Below, piece after piece: positions 45,471 to 56,029 of a stretch of 64,000 bases of DNA. The notes under the pieces are model-generated. The model was given only the letters and a program-made list of their open reading frames with translations. It had not been told where the DNA came from and did no database searches. Source of the DNA: Coprothermobacterota bacterium. GTDB taxonomy: Bacteria; Coprothermobacterota; Coprothermobacteria; Coprothermobacterales; Coprothermobacteraceae. Location: NCBI GenBank assembly GCA_036679065.1, contig JAZIGN010000003.1:544001-608000 (forward strand), read 5' to 3'. Made by a program: the position numbers and the translations under genes. Each line of letters opens with the position of its first letter. Positions within the stretch are counted from its first letter, which is position 1.

Positions 45471-46139
45471 TCAATCTTTTCTCTGATCTTTAGGTCCCAT
45501 GTGCCTTATATCGCTACCCTCTACCAAGAAAAACGTCTCCTCAGCAATGTTGGTGGCTAAATCGGAAATGCGCTCCAAATCCTTGCTTGTGAATATGAGA
45601 TCCAATGCTTTATTTATGTTTCTGGGGTCCGCCAGTATGTATGAGATAAGTTCTCTGATTATTTGCTCTTGAAGCTGATCTACCAATACATCCTTTTCAA
45701 TGGCTTGTTTTGCCAGTTGAGTATCTTCCTTGAAAAAGCTATCTAGAGCTTCCTTGGTGATTTCCTGGGCTGTTTCAGCCATGCGCGGCAGATCTATGAG
45801 AGGTTTCAATAGTGGCTCTTTTATGATTTCCTTAGCTCTTCGCGCAATGTTTTCACAATGGTCTCCCATGCGTTCAAGATCTTTATCTATTTTTAGGACA
45901 GCTACCACCCGTCTTAAGTCGTGTGCCACGGGTTGGTACCTTGCCAAGGTTATCAAACATTCTTCATCTATACGTTTTTCCAGCTCATTTATTCGTGGTT
46001 CCAAGTCGTCTATGACTTGATCGGCATCGGTGGGATCTTTCTCAACCATCGTTCTTATGGCTTTTACTATGGCGTCTTCAACCAAGCCACCCATTTCGGA
46101 GAGCAAACTGTTAATCTCTGATACTCTTTCGTTTAGCAC
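45471..46139 (-). CDS. phoU: Phosphate signalling protein PhoU
   Basis: QPVAHDLR, DLERMGDH, LERISD. Confidence 0.96.
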   Translation of the reverse strand: MLNERVSEINSLLSEMGGLVEDAIVKAIRTMVEKDPTDADQVIDDLEPRINELEKRIDEECLITLARYQPVAHDLRRVVAVLKIDKDLERMGDHCENIARRAKEIIKEPLLKPLIDLPRMAETAQEITKEALDSFFKEDTQLAKQAIEKDVLVDQLQEQIIRELISYILADPRNINKALDLIFTSKDLERISDLATNIAEETFFLVEGSDIRHMGPKDQRKD

Positions 46140-46152
46140 GGGAATCAGCCTC

Positions 46153-46902
46153 CTAACCGAATTTCCCTGTTACGTACCTTTGAGTTCTCTCGTCTTTAGG
46201 ATTTGTGAAAATGATGTCTGTCTTGTTGAATTCTACTAGATAGCCACTTAGGAAAAAGGCCGTAAAGTCGGAAACGCGAGCTGCTTGGTACATGTTATGA
46301 GTAACTAAGACTATGGTATAGTTCTTCTTTAATTCCAGAATGAGTTCTTCTACTCGTGATGTAGCTGCAGGATCCAGAGCGCTGGTTGGTTCGTCCATCA
46401 GTAAGACCTCAGGATCCACAGCAATGGCTCTTGCAATACACAGTCGTTGTTGCTGTCCTCCTGACAAGTCGAAGGCATTACTGTTCAGCCTGTTCTGCAC
46501 TTCTTCCCATAGTCCTGCTGCTATGAGGGCTGATTTCACTTTTTCTTGCAAGCGGTGTTTATCTTTAATGCCTTGTAAGCGGAGGCCGTAAGCCACGTTG
46601 TCAAAAATACTCATGGGGAAAGGATTTGGTTTTTGAAAGACCATTCCGACCCGACGCCTTAGAATAATAGGATCCATGTGATATATGTTCTCCCCGCCTA
46701 AAAGTACTTCGCCTTCCAATCTAAAATTTGGCGACAGGTCGTTTAGCCTGTTCAAGGTTCTAAGGAACGTGGTTTTTCCGCATCCTGAAGGTCCTATGAT
46801 GGCAGTAACAGATTTTTCCTCGATGCCTAAACTCACATTGTGTAGTATTTGCGTGTTTCCGAAATAAACGCTCACGTCGCGCGCTTCGATTTTCAGAGCC
46901 AT
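46153..46902 (-). CDS. pstB: Phosphate ABC transporter ATPase
   Basis: [37 protein letters not shown]. Confidence 0.97.
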   Translation of the reverse strand: MALKIEARDVSVYFGNTQILHNVSLGIEEKSVTAIIGPSGCGKTTFLRTLNRLNDLSPNFRLEGEVLLGGENIYHMDPIILRRRVGMVFQKPNPFPMSIFDNVAYGLRLQGIKDKHRLQEKVKSALIAAGLWEEVQNRLNSNAFDLSGGQQQRLCIARAIAVDPEVLLMDEPTSALDPAATSRVEELILELKKNYTIVLVTHNMYQAARVSDFTAFFLSGYLVEFNKTDIIFTNPKDERTQRYVTGKFG

Positions 46903-47735
46903 CGTTGAGTCCTCCTATTGTACATATAAGCAAGTATTCTGGCGAACAAGACCATCAAAAGCAAAACAAAACCAGAAGCGGCAGCAATAGGGAGTACCTC
47001 CGCAAACTTACTGTGCTGAGTTGCCAAAATGAAGATGTGATAAGGAAGCGCCATAAAGGTCTTAGTTGGATCTAATGTGACAGTTGGTTGGTAAAACACA
47101 ACTCCTGTTAGTAAAATGGGAGCTGTTTCACCCAAAGCCCTGCTTAGTGCTAAAAACAAACCTGAAGTTATTCCGCTGGACGCGTATTTAAATGAAACGT
47201 CTCTCCAAACTTCCCAAGAATTTGCACCCAAAGCGATGGCAGCTTCCTTCTGGGCATTGGGCACTAAACGAAGTGCCTCCTCAGTAGTCGTGATAATCAC
47301 AGGCAGGTTCATCACAGAAAGGGTCAATGCGGAGGCTAACAGCGAAAGTCCAAGGTTCATGAACCGTACAAAGAAAGCCAAGCCGAACAAACCGAATACA
47401 ATGGCAGGGACGCCGCTTAAAGTCCTTATGGAACTTCTGAGCAATCTGGTTAAAGTATTATCAGGTGCGAATTCTGCAAAATAAACACCTGCTAATACTC
47501 CGATGGGTGTCGATATGATGAGAACCCAAAGAGCCAAGTAAATTGAGCCGAACAACGGAGCAAACACACCGCCAGCGGTCATGCCACTAGTAGGATTGGT
47601 GAATAAAAAAGCTAAGGATAACTTCCCTGCTGATAGGGCATACAGGTGAATGGCTACCCAAATGACAAAGACGACCGCAGAAAAATATGCAATGGCGCTT
47701 AGCAGAACCCAGATTGAGTCGGAAGCTTTTTTCAT
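46893..47735 (-). CDS. pstA: Phosphate ABC transporter permease
   Basis: [14 protein letters not shown] motif, RALGETAP. Confidence 0.95.
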   Translation of the reverse strand: MKKASDSIWVLLSAIAYFSAVVFVIWVAIHLYALSAGKLSLAFLFTNPTSGMTAGGVFAPLFGSIYLALWVLIISTPIGVLAGVYFAEFAPDNTLTRLLRSSIRTLSGVPAIVFGLFGLAFFVRFMNLGLSLLASALTLSVMNLPVIITTTEEALRLVPNAQKEAAIALGANSWEVWRDVSFKYASSGITSGLFLALSRALGETAPILLTGVVFYQPTVTLDPTKTFMALPYHIFILATQHSKFAEVLPIAAASGFVLLLMVLFARILAYMYNRRTQRWL

Positions 47736-48622
47736 TGTATTTTCACCCTGATCTTGGAAGTTATGAGTCCAGAAAGGTAATTAACTAGGAGAGCTATTAG
47801 AAGCAAAAGAAAACCTATTAAGAACAAGACGTTGTAGTGCACCGAACCAGCTATGGTTTCTGGCATTTCTATGGCTAGCACTCCAGTCATGGTTTCTCCA
47901 GGTTGTAAAGGGGTTTTAGGTATCATGGCAACGTTTCCCACTGCCATAATGACTGCCATGGTTTCACCAATAGCGCGGCCAAAACTGAGTAGTACGCTGG
48001 AAATGAAAGCAGGTTTCACAAACTGAAACAAAACTCCCACTGCAGCTTGCCATTTTGAAGCACCGAGCGCCAATGCGCCCTCTTTATAAATTTCCGGTAT
48101 TTTTTGAAAAGCGTCACTAAGCACACTTACCATGGTGGGTAGTACCATTATAGCCAAGGTTATTCCGCCATTTAATATGGTCAAACCGCTACTTAAATGA
48201 AATACTCTAGCGATTAAGGGTGCGATAGTGGTTAGTGCGAGAAAGCCCATAATTACGGAAGGAATTCCAGCTAAAACACTAAAAAACAGATCTGTGGCTG
48301 AACGTATGGATTCTGTCATGTACTGACTTGAAAAAACAGCTGCCAAGAAGGATAAAGGTACGGATATTATCAGCGCAATGACAGTGGTCCAAAGTGAACC
48401 TGCAATGAAAGGTAATATGCCCCAGCTGCTACCTGAATAACCTTTGGGATTCCATTTCGCGCTGAGAAAAGCAGTCAATGGAACTTGGCTAAGGGCCTTG
48501 AATGCGGGAATGCACATAAAAAAGATTATAAGAACCACGCCCAGACTTGCCAGCACCGCGGCTGCAGCGCTGGCAAGTCGGAATGTTTTCTCTGCTGAGC
48601 TATTTGTTGAGTAGTTCCTCAC
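47732..48622 (-). CDS. pstC: Phosphate ABC transporter permease
   Basis: LAGIPSV, ALGASKWQ, GRAIGETMAV; GTG 48622 (alternative ATG 48637). Confidence 0.95.
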   Translation of the reverse strand: MRNYSTNSSAEKTFRLASAAAAVLASLGVVLIIFFMCIPAFKALSQVPLTAFLSAKWNPKGYSGSSWGILPFIAGSLWTTVIALIISVPLSFLAAVFSSQYMTESIRSATDLFFSVLAGIPSVIMGFLALTTIAPLIARVFHLSSGLTILNGGITLAIMVLPTMVSVLSDAFQKIPEIYKEGALALGASKWQAAVGVLFQFVKPAFISSVLLSFGRAIGETMAVIMAVGNVAMIPKTPLQPGETMTGVLAIEMPETIAGSVHYNVLFLIGFLLLLIALLVNYLSGLITSKIRVKIQ

Positions 48623-49508
48623 TGATAGTCCTCTCATCAGGGCCTATGGGGTAAAACCCATTCTCTTCCACGATGGCTTGTCCTTCTTCGCTAATTTCAA
48701 AAGCTAGAAAATCTCTTACTGCTTGGGTAAGAGGTAACCTGACATACTGGTACAAGGGTCTGGCTAGTGGATATAGCTTATTATTGATGGCCTGCAGGTT
48801 AGTGGAGCTGTAGTAGTTTTCACCATCAGTAGAAAGGAGAACTTGTTTCACTTGATCTTCAGCCTGCTTGTAATACCCTACGCCTACGTAGCCAACAGCT
48901 GTTTCGTCTTGTGCCACGGCATTTATGATATCGCTATTACCATTCATGGATCTCATGCTTTGGGCATAATCTCCTTTTACCGCCACATCCCTGAAAAACG
49001 TGAATGTGCCACTGTTGCTTTGCCTTCCGTACAAGGTTATGGGAGAATCTTTTCCTCCCACTTCTTTCCAATTTGTAATTTCACCACGGTAAATTCTTCC
49101 AAGTTGATCCAAGGTAAGCTTTTCAACAGGGTTGTTGGGATTAACTATCACGGTTATGCCGTCTCTTGCGTCAATAAACGTGCCTATTTCAATGTTCTTT
49201 GCTTTTGCCTGATCCAACTCTTCTTGCGAGATCTCCCTGGAAGAGTTAGCTATGTCAATTTCTCCGTTAATGAGAGCGGCAATACCTGAGCCACTTCCGC
49301 CGCCTGAAACAGAAATGTTTACGTCGGGATGAGCATTGCGAAATTGCTCTGCTAGTGCTTGCACCATGTTTACCTCGGTATCTGAACCTTTTATGACAAT
49401 GGTCTTCGTCTCGTTACCTGCATTGCTGTTAGGTGCAGAGGTGCATCCAGCCAGAATCAGAGTTGCTACTAGGATGATGCCTATAACCCTGAGGTACTTT
49501 GCTTTCAT
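48600..49508 (-). CDS. pstS: Phosphate-binding lipoprotein
   Basis: Lipobox LAGC, KGSDT, GGGSGSG, RQSNSGT, YPLARPL. Confidence 0.96.
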   Translation of the reverse strand: MKAKYLRVIGIILVATLILAGCTSAPNSNAGNETKTIVIKGSDTEVNMVQALAEQFRNAHPDVNISVSGGGSGSGIAALINGEIDIANSSREISQEELDQAKAKNIEIGTFIDARDGITVIVNPNNPVEKLTLDQLGRIYRGEITNWKEVGGKDSPITLYGRQSNSGTFTFFRDVAVKGDYAQSMRSMNGNSDIINAVAQDETAVGYVGVGYYKQAEDQVKQVLLSTDGENYYSSTNLQAINNKLYPLARPLYQYVRLPLTQAVRDFLAFEISEEGQAIVEENGFYPIGPDERTISEELLNK

Positions 49509-49536
49509 TTCATTACCTCCTTGTCTTAATCACTGT

Positions 49537-50412
49537 TTACATTCTAGGAAAGCTCGGTAAAGAAATGGTAAAGATGCAGCCGTGGGGTATGTTTGGTTGG
49601 TAATCAAGGGTTAAGTTATTCAATTCACATGCTTTCTTGGCGATAAATAATCCCAAGCCTACGCTCTTTGTGGTGTTGAAAGGAGTAAAGAGCTTGTCAA
49701 CTATTTGCGCTGGCAATCCAGGACCCTTATCTTCTACGCGTATTTGTCGTTCTTCGAGAAGAACTATGGGGTCTTTGCCGTAAGCAAGTGCATTGTCTAT
49801 TAGATTTCGGAGAGCCATAAGAAGAAGTTTTCTATTTACTTTCCACACGGCTTCGTGTGTCATTATAACCGGAACATCGAATATCTGTTTTATGGACTCT
49901 GCTATGTCACTAAGGCGAACATCTTCTGCTTGCAAAGTGTTTAAGCTGGTGAAATCTGTGAGCTGCTGAGAAAGCCTATCTAATCTGTTTATGCTTTCCT
50001 CAACTTTGGACATGTAAGGCTCACTTAAATAGTCCAGCGAAAGTGAAAGATTGTTTAAGGCGTTTCTGATCTCGTGAACAACGTGGTAAATAAGAATGTT
50101 TACTTGTTGGGTTTGCTCAACGGTGTATGTCACTTCACGTACTACGATAAGGAGGTTTTCTTCTCTAAAACGTTGTACTTGAAACGAGCGCTCCCGGGTT
50201 GGGCTCATGATGGAGAACACATCGCGAGTCAATAATGCTTCCCTGATATCTGCACGTCTAACGTTGACAGAAATAGGCGCATTAGGTATGAAGGAAAAGA
50301 ACGGTAGCTCGTTCATTTGTTTTGTGGCTAAGACGACCTTATTCTCATCGTCCATAATCAGAGCTGCCATGTTCAAGTTTTCAAGTATTTCTAGGTCACG
50401 GCTGGTAAACAT
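49537..50412 (-). CDS. Sensor histidine kinase (PhoR-like, no TM segment)
   Basis: HEIRN H-box, NLIDNA, DKGPG, GLGL; upstream of pstS. Confidence 0.88.
   Translation of the reverse strand: MFTSRDLEILENLNMAALIMDDENKVVLATKQMNELPFFSFIPNAPISVNVRRADIREALLTRDVFSIMSPTRERSFQVQRFREENLLIVVREVTYTVEQTQQVNILIYHVVHEIRNALNNLSLSLDYLSEPYMSKVEESINRLDRLSQQLTDFTSLNTLQAEDVRLSDIAESIKQIFDVPVIMTHEAVWKVNRKLLLMALRNLIDNALAYGKDPIVLLEERQIRVEDKGPGLPAQIVDKLFTPFNTTKSVGLGLFIAKKACELNNLTLDYQPNIPHGCIFTISLPSFPRM
49541..49573 (-). promoter_or_regulatory. Candidate Pho box and -10 for pstS
   Basis: CTTTACC direct repeats at 11-bp period (49573-49567, 49562-49556), 9 bp upstream of TAGAAT (49546-49541). Confidence 0.6.
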
Positions 50413-51043
50413 ATCCTAAAGCCCTTATTGCCCTGATTTTTTCCTTCAGCCACGGCACTTTTTTCTTAAGGTTGTGAATGTGCACGTCTATGACTTTGGG
50501 GTTCTCAGCCTTTTCACTTATGCCTTCTATGAGTTCTTCCCGGGTAAAAACTTGTCCAGGATTCTCAAGCAGTAGTCGAACTAACCGAGCTTCAGTTGCT
50601 GTGAGCTGAACACGTTCTCCTTCAGGAGTAACAAGAAACTGGTTTTCCACCATAACCTGAACTGGGCCGTCATCTTTGGCTTCATGTGCTAAAAGACGGT
50701 TTATCCTGGCAATTAGTTCTTTCATTCTTATGGGCTTAAAAACGTAGTCAGCAGCTCCAAGTTCCAGTGCCTTTACCACATCTTCTTCGCTGCTTCGTGC
50801 AGAGATTACAATGACCGGTGTTTTGTCCTTTCGGTGCCTTAGAATTTCCAAAACTCTGAAGCCGTCCAAGTTTGGTAGCATTAGATCAAGCAAGATCAAA
50901 CGCCCCTCTGGTTTTAAGTCAAGAAAGGAAGCACCGTCTTCATAATGTTCAATTAAAAAGCCAAACTCTTCTAAACGCTGAGAAAGCAACTCAGCAAAAG
51001 AAATATCGTCTTCTACGAGGATAATTTTGAGCTTCCCGGTCAT
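50396..51043 (-). CDS. OmpR-family response regulator (PhoP/PhoB-like)
   Basis: VEDD, LLDLMLP, GAADYVFKP, DVHIHNLKKK; start trimmed to ATG 51043. Confidence 0.92.
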   Translation of the reverse strand: MTGKLKIILVEDDISFAELLSQRLEEFGFLIEHYEDGASFLDLKPEGRLILLDLMLPNLDGFRVLEILRHRKDKTPVIVISARSSEEDVVKALELGAADYVFKPIRMKELIARINRLLAHEAKDDGPVQVMVENQFLVTPEGERVQLTATEARLVRLLLENPGQVFTREELIEGISEKAENPKVIDVHIHNLKKKVPWLKEKIRAIRALGYVYQP

Positions 51044-51067
51044 AGCTCTATTATAATAAACCTTGGT

Positions 51068-54000
51068 ATGACGAATCAGTTTGTGCACTTGCATGTTCAC
51101 AGCGCTTATTCTTTACTTGACGGTGTGACTTTGCCTAAAAAGCTGGTCCAGCGAGCAAAAGAGCTTGATATGCCGGCAATAGCCATAACTGACCACGGAG
51201 TTACTTATGGCCTGGTGGAGTTCGTCAGTGAAGCCAAAAAATCGGGAATAAAACCCATAGTAGGCGTGGAAGGTTACCAGGCACAAAGAGATAGAAGAAA
51301 AAAGGAAGGCAACAAGGATAAAGAACCTTTTCACCTGGTTTTGCTTGTTAAGAACGCCGCAGGCTTTAGGAACTTGAACATCCTGCTTACAAAAGCCTAC
51401 TTGGAAGGGTTCTACTACAGGCCCAGATTCGACTGGGAGCTTTTGGAGCAGTATCATGAAGGTCTCATAGCGTCATCTGCTTGTTTGGCTGGTGCAATCC
51501 CACGTGCTCTTCTGGAAGGTGATGAAGAGAAAGCATTGGAGCTGGCGGGGCGTTATCAAGACATTTTTGGCAAAGGGAACTTTTATCTGGAAATAATGGA
51601 CCATAATTTGGCAGAGCAGCAACGAGTTAACAAAGCTATTGTTGAGCTCTCTAGGCGAACAGGTATCCCACTATTAGCCACAAATGATGTCCACTACGGA
51701 CGTCCTGAAGAATACTCCATACAGGACGTACTCATGGCGATTGCCACTGGTACCACACTAAATGATCCGAACCGTTTCAAATATGAGACTGACCAAATGT
51801 ATTTGAAATCCGCTGACGAGATGTGGGAGCGTTTTTCAGAAATACCTGAAGCTTTGACCAATTCTTTGGCCATTGCCGAAATGGTGGACTTCATTTTGCC
51901 ACTTGGAGAGCAGCATTTGCCAAAATTCTCTGTACCTGAAGGTTACACAGAGAATTCCTATTTGAGAAAACTCACTCAGGACGGGCTGCGCAAAAGGTAT
52001 GGCGATAGTCCAGCTAAAGAAGTTCTTGACCGCATGGAGTACGAGCTTGCAGTCATCGAGAAGATGGGATTTGCCGGCTATTTCCTCATTGTGCAGGATT
52101 ACATAAACTGGGCAAAATCCCAAGGAATCCCAGTTGGGCCAGGGCGAGGTAGCGCTGCAGGTTCATTGGTAGCTTACTTAACAGGCATAACTGATGTGGA
52201 TCCTTTAAAGTACGGTCTTCTTTTTGAAAGGTTTTTGAACCCCGAGCGTATTTCCATGCCTGACATTGATGTGGACTTTTGTGCTCGCAGGCGTGACGAA
52301 GTTCTGCGTTATGTTAGGAACAAGTACGGAGAAGAAAACGTGGCGCAAATAGCAACCTTTGGTACGCTAGCTGCCCGTGCTGCCATTAGGGACGTGGGTA
52401 GAGTACTTGGTGTGCCTCTGGCACTGGTGGACAGGCTTTCTAAGAGCATTCCTCCAAACATGGAACTAGCACAGGCTGAAAAGTTGGAGGACGTGCGCAG
52501 TCTCATAAACCAATACCCAGAGCTTGGGAGAGTCTTGGAGATAGCGAAGCAGGTAGAAGGCTTGCCCAGACATGCTTCCACTCACGCTGCTGGTGTGGTT
52601 ATTTCAGATAAACCTCTGTACGAATATGTGGCTTTGCAAGCTTCCTCAGATGAAGCTGGTATTAACGTGACTACTCAGTTGGCAAAAGACGACGTTGAAA
52701 AACTTGGCTTGCTCAAGATGGATTTCCTTGGTCTTAGAAACATGACTGTAATCAGTGATGCGCTGAAATGGATAAAACAGCGTCATGGCAAAGATATTGA
52801 CCTTAGTAGTCTTCCCAAAGATGACCCAAAGGTCTATGAAATGCTTTCTGCTGGCGAAACGGTGGGAGTGTTTCAACTGGAAAGTGCCGGCTTCCGTTCC
52901 TTCTTAAAGGATCTCAAACCCACGAAGTTTGAGGAGATAATAGCCGCTGAGGCTCTTTATAGGCCAGGTACGCTGGGCAGCGGGGGAGTCAAATCTTATG
53001 TGGACAGGAAGCATGGTAGGGAACCTGTGGACTACTTTCATGATGATTTGAAGCCCATATTAGAGGAAACTTACGGCATTATTGTGTATCAAGAACAGAT
53101 CATGCAGATTGCTTCAATCATAGCTGGTTATTCCTTGGGTGAAGCTGACGTTTTACGTAGAGCCATAAGCAAGAAAAAAGAAGAGGAAATATTGAAACTG
53201 CGTGAAGACTTTGTCAGCCGCGGTCTGCAACGCGGTTATGCCAAAGAAACCGTTGAAAAAATCTATGAGACCATAGTGCATTTTGCGGAATATGGGTTTA
53301 ACAAATCTCATTCAGCGGCTTACGCTCATGTGACTTACTATACTGCTTGGTTGAAGGCTTACTATCCCACAGAGTACTTTGCAGCACTACTGGCTAGCTT
53401 CGTGGATAACACGGAGAAGCTCAAAGTTTACATTTCCGAAGCACGAAGGTTGGGCATAAGAATACTGCCGCCTGATGTAAACAAGTCAGAGCACTACTTC
53501 ATTCCGGAGGGTGAAAACGAGATACGTTTTGGTTTGCTGGGAATTAAGAACGTGGGCTTGGCCGCCGTCGATGAGATCTTGAAGACCAGAGAAAGTGGTG
53601 GACCGTTCACCTCGTTTCAAGATTTTCTGTTACGCGTGAATGATCGCGTGGTTAATAAGAAGGTTACGGAAAGCCTTATCAGAGCTGGGGCTTTTGATAG
53701 TTTGGGTGATAGAAAGAGTTTACTGCGTCAACTTTCCACTGGGATAACTACCCAAACCCTTTTCCAGATTGAGGATACTTCAAACGACGACATCTCCTTA
53801 GATCCCATGGAGGACGAGCGCGAGTACTTGGGACTTTACATAACAACACACCCTCTGGAGCGGTACATGGCTATTCTGACCAGTCAGAACTTGACCACGT
53901 TGGATTCCTTGGAAGAAATACAGGGCCTGGTACAAGTGGGCGGTTTCGTTTCTAGTACCCGAGTAAGAAAAAGCAGAAATAACAATCAGTACATGACCTT

Positions 54001-54454
54001 CACCTTGGAAGACTTAACGTCGCAGGTTGAGGTAACAGTTCTGCCTCAAAAATTCGATGCTTTTAAGGAAATTATCTCAAAGCCCGGAATAATCACGATG
54101 ACTGCAAGGGTGGAGTCTGAAGATGAAAAAAGCAGACTCATCGCGGAGTCATTGATTTCGTTTTCACCGCTTAGTGAACTTGACGATAAACTAAGGGAAC
54201 TGGACGGTAAAGGTGTTTTGCGCATTGTTCTCAGGTCTGAACAGATCACAGTAGACAAACTTAAGAAACTGAAGGTTCTTCTGAGACAGCATAAAGGGCC
54301 TACACCTGTGGAATTTACTGTTCATTTAGATGGGTCCATTTATCGGGTTCTTTTGCCCAATAGTTACTGGGTTTCCTTCAGTGCGGAGCTTCAAGAGGCC
54401 CTTTTTAGTCTTTTTAATCCCATGAACGTTTCTTTTCGGAGCTTTAGTGGATGA
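51068..54454 (+). CDS. dnaE: DNA polymerase III alpha subunit
   Basis: PHP HLHVHSAYSLLDG, GPGRGSAAGS, MPDIDVDF, YGFNKSH; no intein visible. Confidence 0.98.
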   Translation: MTNQFVHLHVHSAYSLLDGVTLPKKLVQRAKELDMPAIAITDHGVTYGLVEFVSEAKKSGIKPIVGVEGYQAQRDRRKKEGNKDKEPFHLVLLVKNAAGFRNLNILLTKAYLEGFYYRPRFDWELLEQYHEGLIASSACLAGAIPRALLEGDEEKALELAGRYQDIFGKGNFYLEIMDHNLAEQQRVNKAIVELSRRTGIPLLATNDVHYGRPEEYSIQDVLMAIATGTTLNDPNRFKYETDQMYLKSADEMWERFSEIPEALTNSLAIAEMVDFILPLGEQHLPKFSVPEGYTENSYLRKLTQDGLRKRYGDSPAKEVLDRMEYELAVIEKMGFAGYFLIVQDYINWAKSQGIPVGPGRGSAAGSLVAYLTGITDVDPLKYGLLFERFLNPERISMPDIDVDFCARRRDEVLRYVRNKYGEENVAQIATFGTLAARAAIRDVGRVLGVPLALVDRLSKSIPPNMELAQAEKLEDVRSLINQYPELGRVLEIAKQVEGLPRHASTHAAGVVISDKPLYEYVALQASSDEAGINVTTQLAKDDVEKLGLLKMDFLGLRNMTVISDALKWIKQRHGKDIDLSSLPKDDPKVYEMLSAGETVGVFQLESAGFRSFLKDLKPTKFEEIIAAEALYRPGTLGSGGVKSYVDRKHGREPVDYFHDDLKPILEETYGIIVYQEQIMQIASIIAGYSLGEADVLRRAISKKKEEEILKLREDFVSRGLQRGYAKETVEKIYETIVHFAEYGFNKSHSAAYAHVTYYTAWLKAYYPTEYFAALLASFVDNTEKLKVYISEARRLGIRILPPDVNKSEHYFIPEGENEIRFGLLGIKNVGLAAVDEILKTRESGGPFTSFQDFLLRVNDRVVNKKVTESLIRAGAFDSLGDRKSLLRQLSTGITTQTLFQIEDTSNDDISLDPMEDEREYLGLYITTHPLERYMAILTSQNLTTLDSLEEIQGLVQVGGFVSSTRVRKSRNNNQYMTFTLEDLTSQVEVTVLPQKFDAFKEIISKPGIITMTARVESEDEKSRLIAESLISFSPLSELDDKLRELDGKGVLRIVLRSEQITVDKLKKLKVLLRQHKGPTPVEFTVHLDGSIYRVLLPNSYWVSFSAELQEALFSLFNPMNVSFRSFSG

Positions 54455-55083
54455 CTGAGGAGGAACAGCTCGAATACTTTGCTTCGCAGCTCTGGTTAGC
54501 GGATTACCTCCATGGTTATCGTAGCCCAGAGGACTTATGGACTTTGGGCATTGAAGACAGCCTTGCTGTGTTGGATCGTGTGCAGCTTAGTGGCAAGGTT
54601 CTGGATATTGGCCCAGGTGGTGGTTTACCAGGAATTGTACTGGCAATTGTCCTCAAGAACGTACATTTTACATTAGTGGACAGCTCACAGAAATCCTGCA
54701 AGTTTTTGACGCATCTGGTAGCTTCTCTGAGTTTAATTAACGTGGAGATTGTGCATGGGCGCATAGAAGACTTCGGCAAAACGCATCGAGAAGAGTTTGA
54801 TTTCGCCATAAGCCGGGCTGTGGCTGAGATTAGGATTTTGGCTGAATATGCGGTAGCTCCTTTGAAGGTGGGTGGGCAGGCAGTGTTTTGGAAAGGGCCT
54901 TCTTGGAAAGAAGAAATGCGTTCTGCACAAAATGCCTTGGAGAAGCTTAATTTGACGTTTAGGGAACACCACGATTATCTTCTTGGCGACCGTTTTAGGA
55001 CTCTTGTGGTGCTAAGGAAGGAATCTTCCACACCGCTAGCTTTTCCACGTAAACCAGGTATTCCAGAGAAGAGACCTTTGTAG
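54451..55083 (+). CDS. rsmG: 16S rRNA m7G methyltransferase
   Basis: DSL, DIGPGGGLPG, SRAVA, FPRKPG.P.K.PL. Confidence 0.9.
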   Translation: MTEEEQLEYFASQLWLADYLHGYRSPEDLWTLGIEDSLAVLDRVQLSGKVLDIGPGGGLPGIVLAIVLKNVHFTLVDSSQKSCKFLTHLVASLSLINVEIVHGRIEDFGKTHREEFDFAISRAVAEIRILAEYAVAPLKVGGQAVFWKGPSWKEEMRSAQNALEKLNLTFREHHDYLLGDRFRTLVVLRKESSTPLAFPRKPGIPEKRPL

Positions 55084-55097
55084 GAGGTGTTTGTCTT

Positions 55098-55889
55098 ATG
55101 TTTTATGTGTCGCTTTTAAAAGCTGCCGTGCTGGGTGTAGTTGAAGGTGTTACTGAGTTTCTACCCATATCTTCAACGGGGCACCTAATCATCGTTAATC
55201 AATGGATTCGTTTTTCTGAGCCATTTAACGCCTCTTTTGATGTCATCGTGCAAATGGGAGCCATTTTGGCAGTGGTAATTCTTTTTTGGAATGAATACAA
55301 CATCTTCTCCTCTAAAGAAAGAAAGCATGTGCTCATAAATTACCGGAACATTGTCATAGCTCTAATTCCTGCTATTATCGTTGGAGCCACTTTCGGTGAT
55401 GCCATTCAGACTTACCTTTTTTCGGTTTTAACTGTGTCCATTACGCTTATTCTGGGAGCCTTATTTCTTTGGTACGCTGAAAGAAGCAGCTCAGGAACGG
55501 TGCGTAAGGTAGGAAGTATAGGTTCTCTAACTGCATTGAAGATAGGACTATTCCAACTCCTGTCCTATTTACCGGGTTTCAGTAGGTCGGCAGCAAGTAT
55601 TGGTGGTGGCATGCTTTCTGGACTCACCAGAGAAACTGCAGCTCAGTTTTCCTTCATTTTAGGAGCCCCGACATTGTTAGCTGCTGGCGGTTATGAGCTG
55701 CTGAAATCTGGTTTCTCTTTTACAATGCAGGAATGGACAATACTCCTTGTGGGTTGTCTGTTTGCCTTTTTAAGTGCTTACTTGGTGGTAAGACCTTTTT
55801 TGCAATTTGTTAGCCAGAAAAGTTACAAGCCCTTCATCATTTATCGAATTGTGCTGGGCGCAGTGCTGCTTCTGCTGTATTTCTTCTAA
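55098..55889 (+). CDS. uppP: Undecaprenyl-diphosphatase
   Basis: EGVTEFLPISSTGHL, PGFSRS, YRIVLG. Confidence 0.96.
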   Translation: MFYVSLLKAAVLGVVEGVTEFLPISSTGHLIIVNQWIRFSEPFNASFDVIVQMGAILAVVILFWNEYNIFSSKERKHVLINYRNIVIALIPAIIVGATFGDAIQTYLFSVLTVSITLILGALFLWYAERSSSGTVRKVGSIGSLTALKIGLFQLLSYLPGFSRSAASIGGGMLSGLTRETAAQFSFILGAPTLLAAGGYELLKSGFSFTMQEWTILLVGCLFAFLSAYLVVRPFLQFVSQKSYKPFIIYRIVLGAVLLLLYFF

Positions 55890-55922
55890 AATTCAGATCA
55901 AGTAGTACAATAGTGGTTGTAC

Positions 55923-56022
55923 AGGACCAGGGGAGCCCCTATTTGGGTGAGGGGCTGAGAGGGTGGCTGTTAGCTACCGACCCTAGGAACCTGATCCGGG
56001 TAATACCGGCGGAGGGAGGTTT
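55923..56022 (+). ncRNA. TPP riboswitch
   Basis: GGGAG..GGCTGAGA...GACCC..GAACCTGATCCGGGTAATACCGGCGGAGGGA hallmarks; directly upstream of thiT. Confidence 0.95.
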
Positions 56023-56029
56023 GGTTTGA

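Noticed and set aside
48843..49289. Long antisense or alternate-frame ORFs (also 32608-33054, 59612-60052, 37126-37494)
   Set aside because: They lie within well-conserved genes, lack SD or promoter support and look like shadow ORFs.
51068..54454. Intein or split in dnaE
   Set aside because: Length (1128 aa) and motif spacing are normal and no splice-junction motifs were seen.
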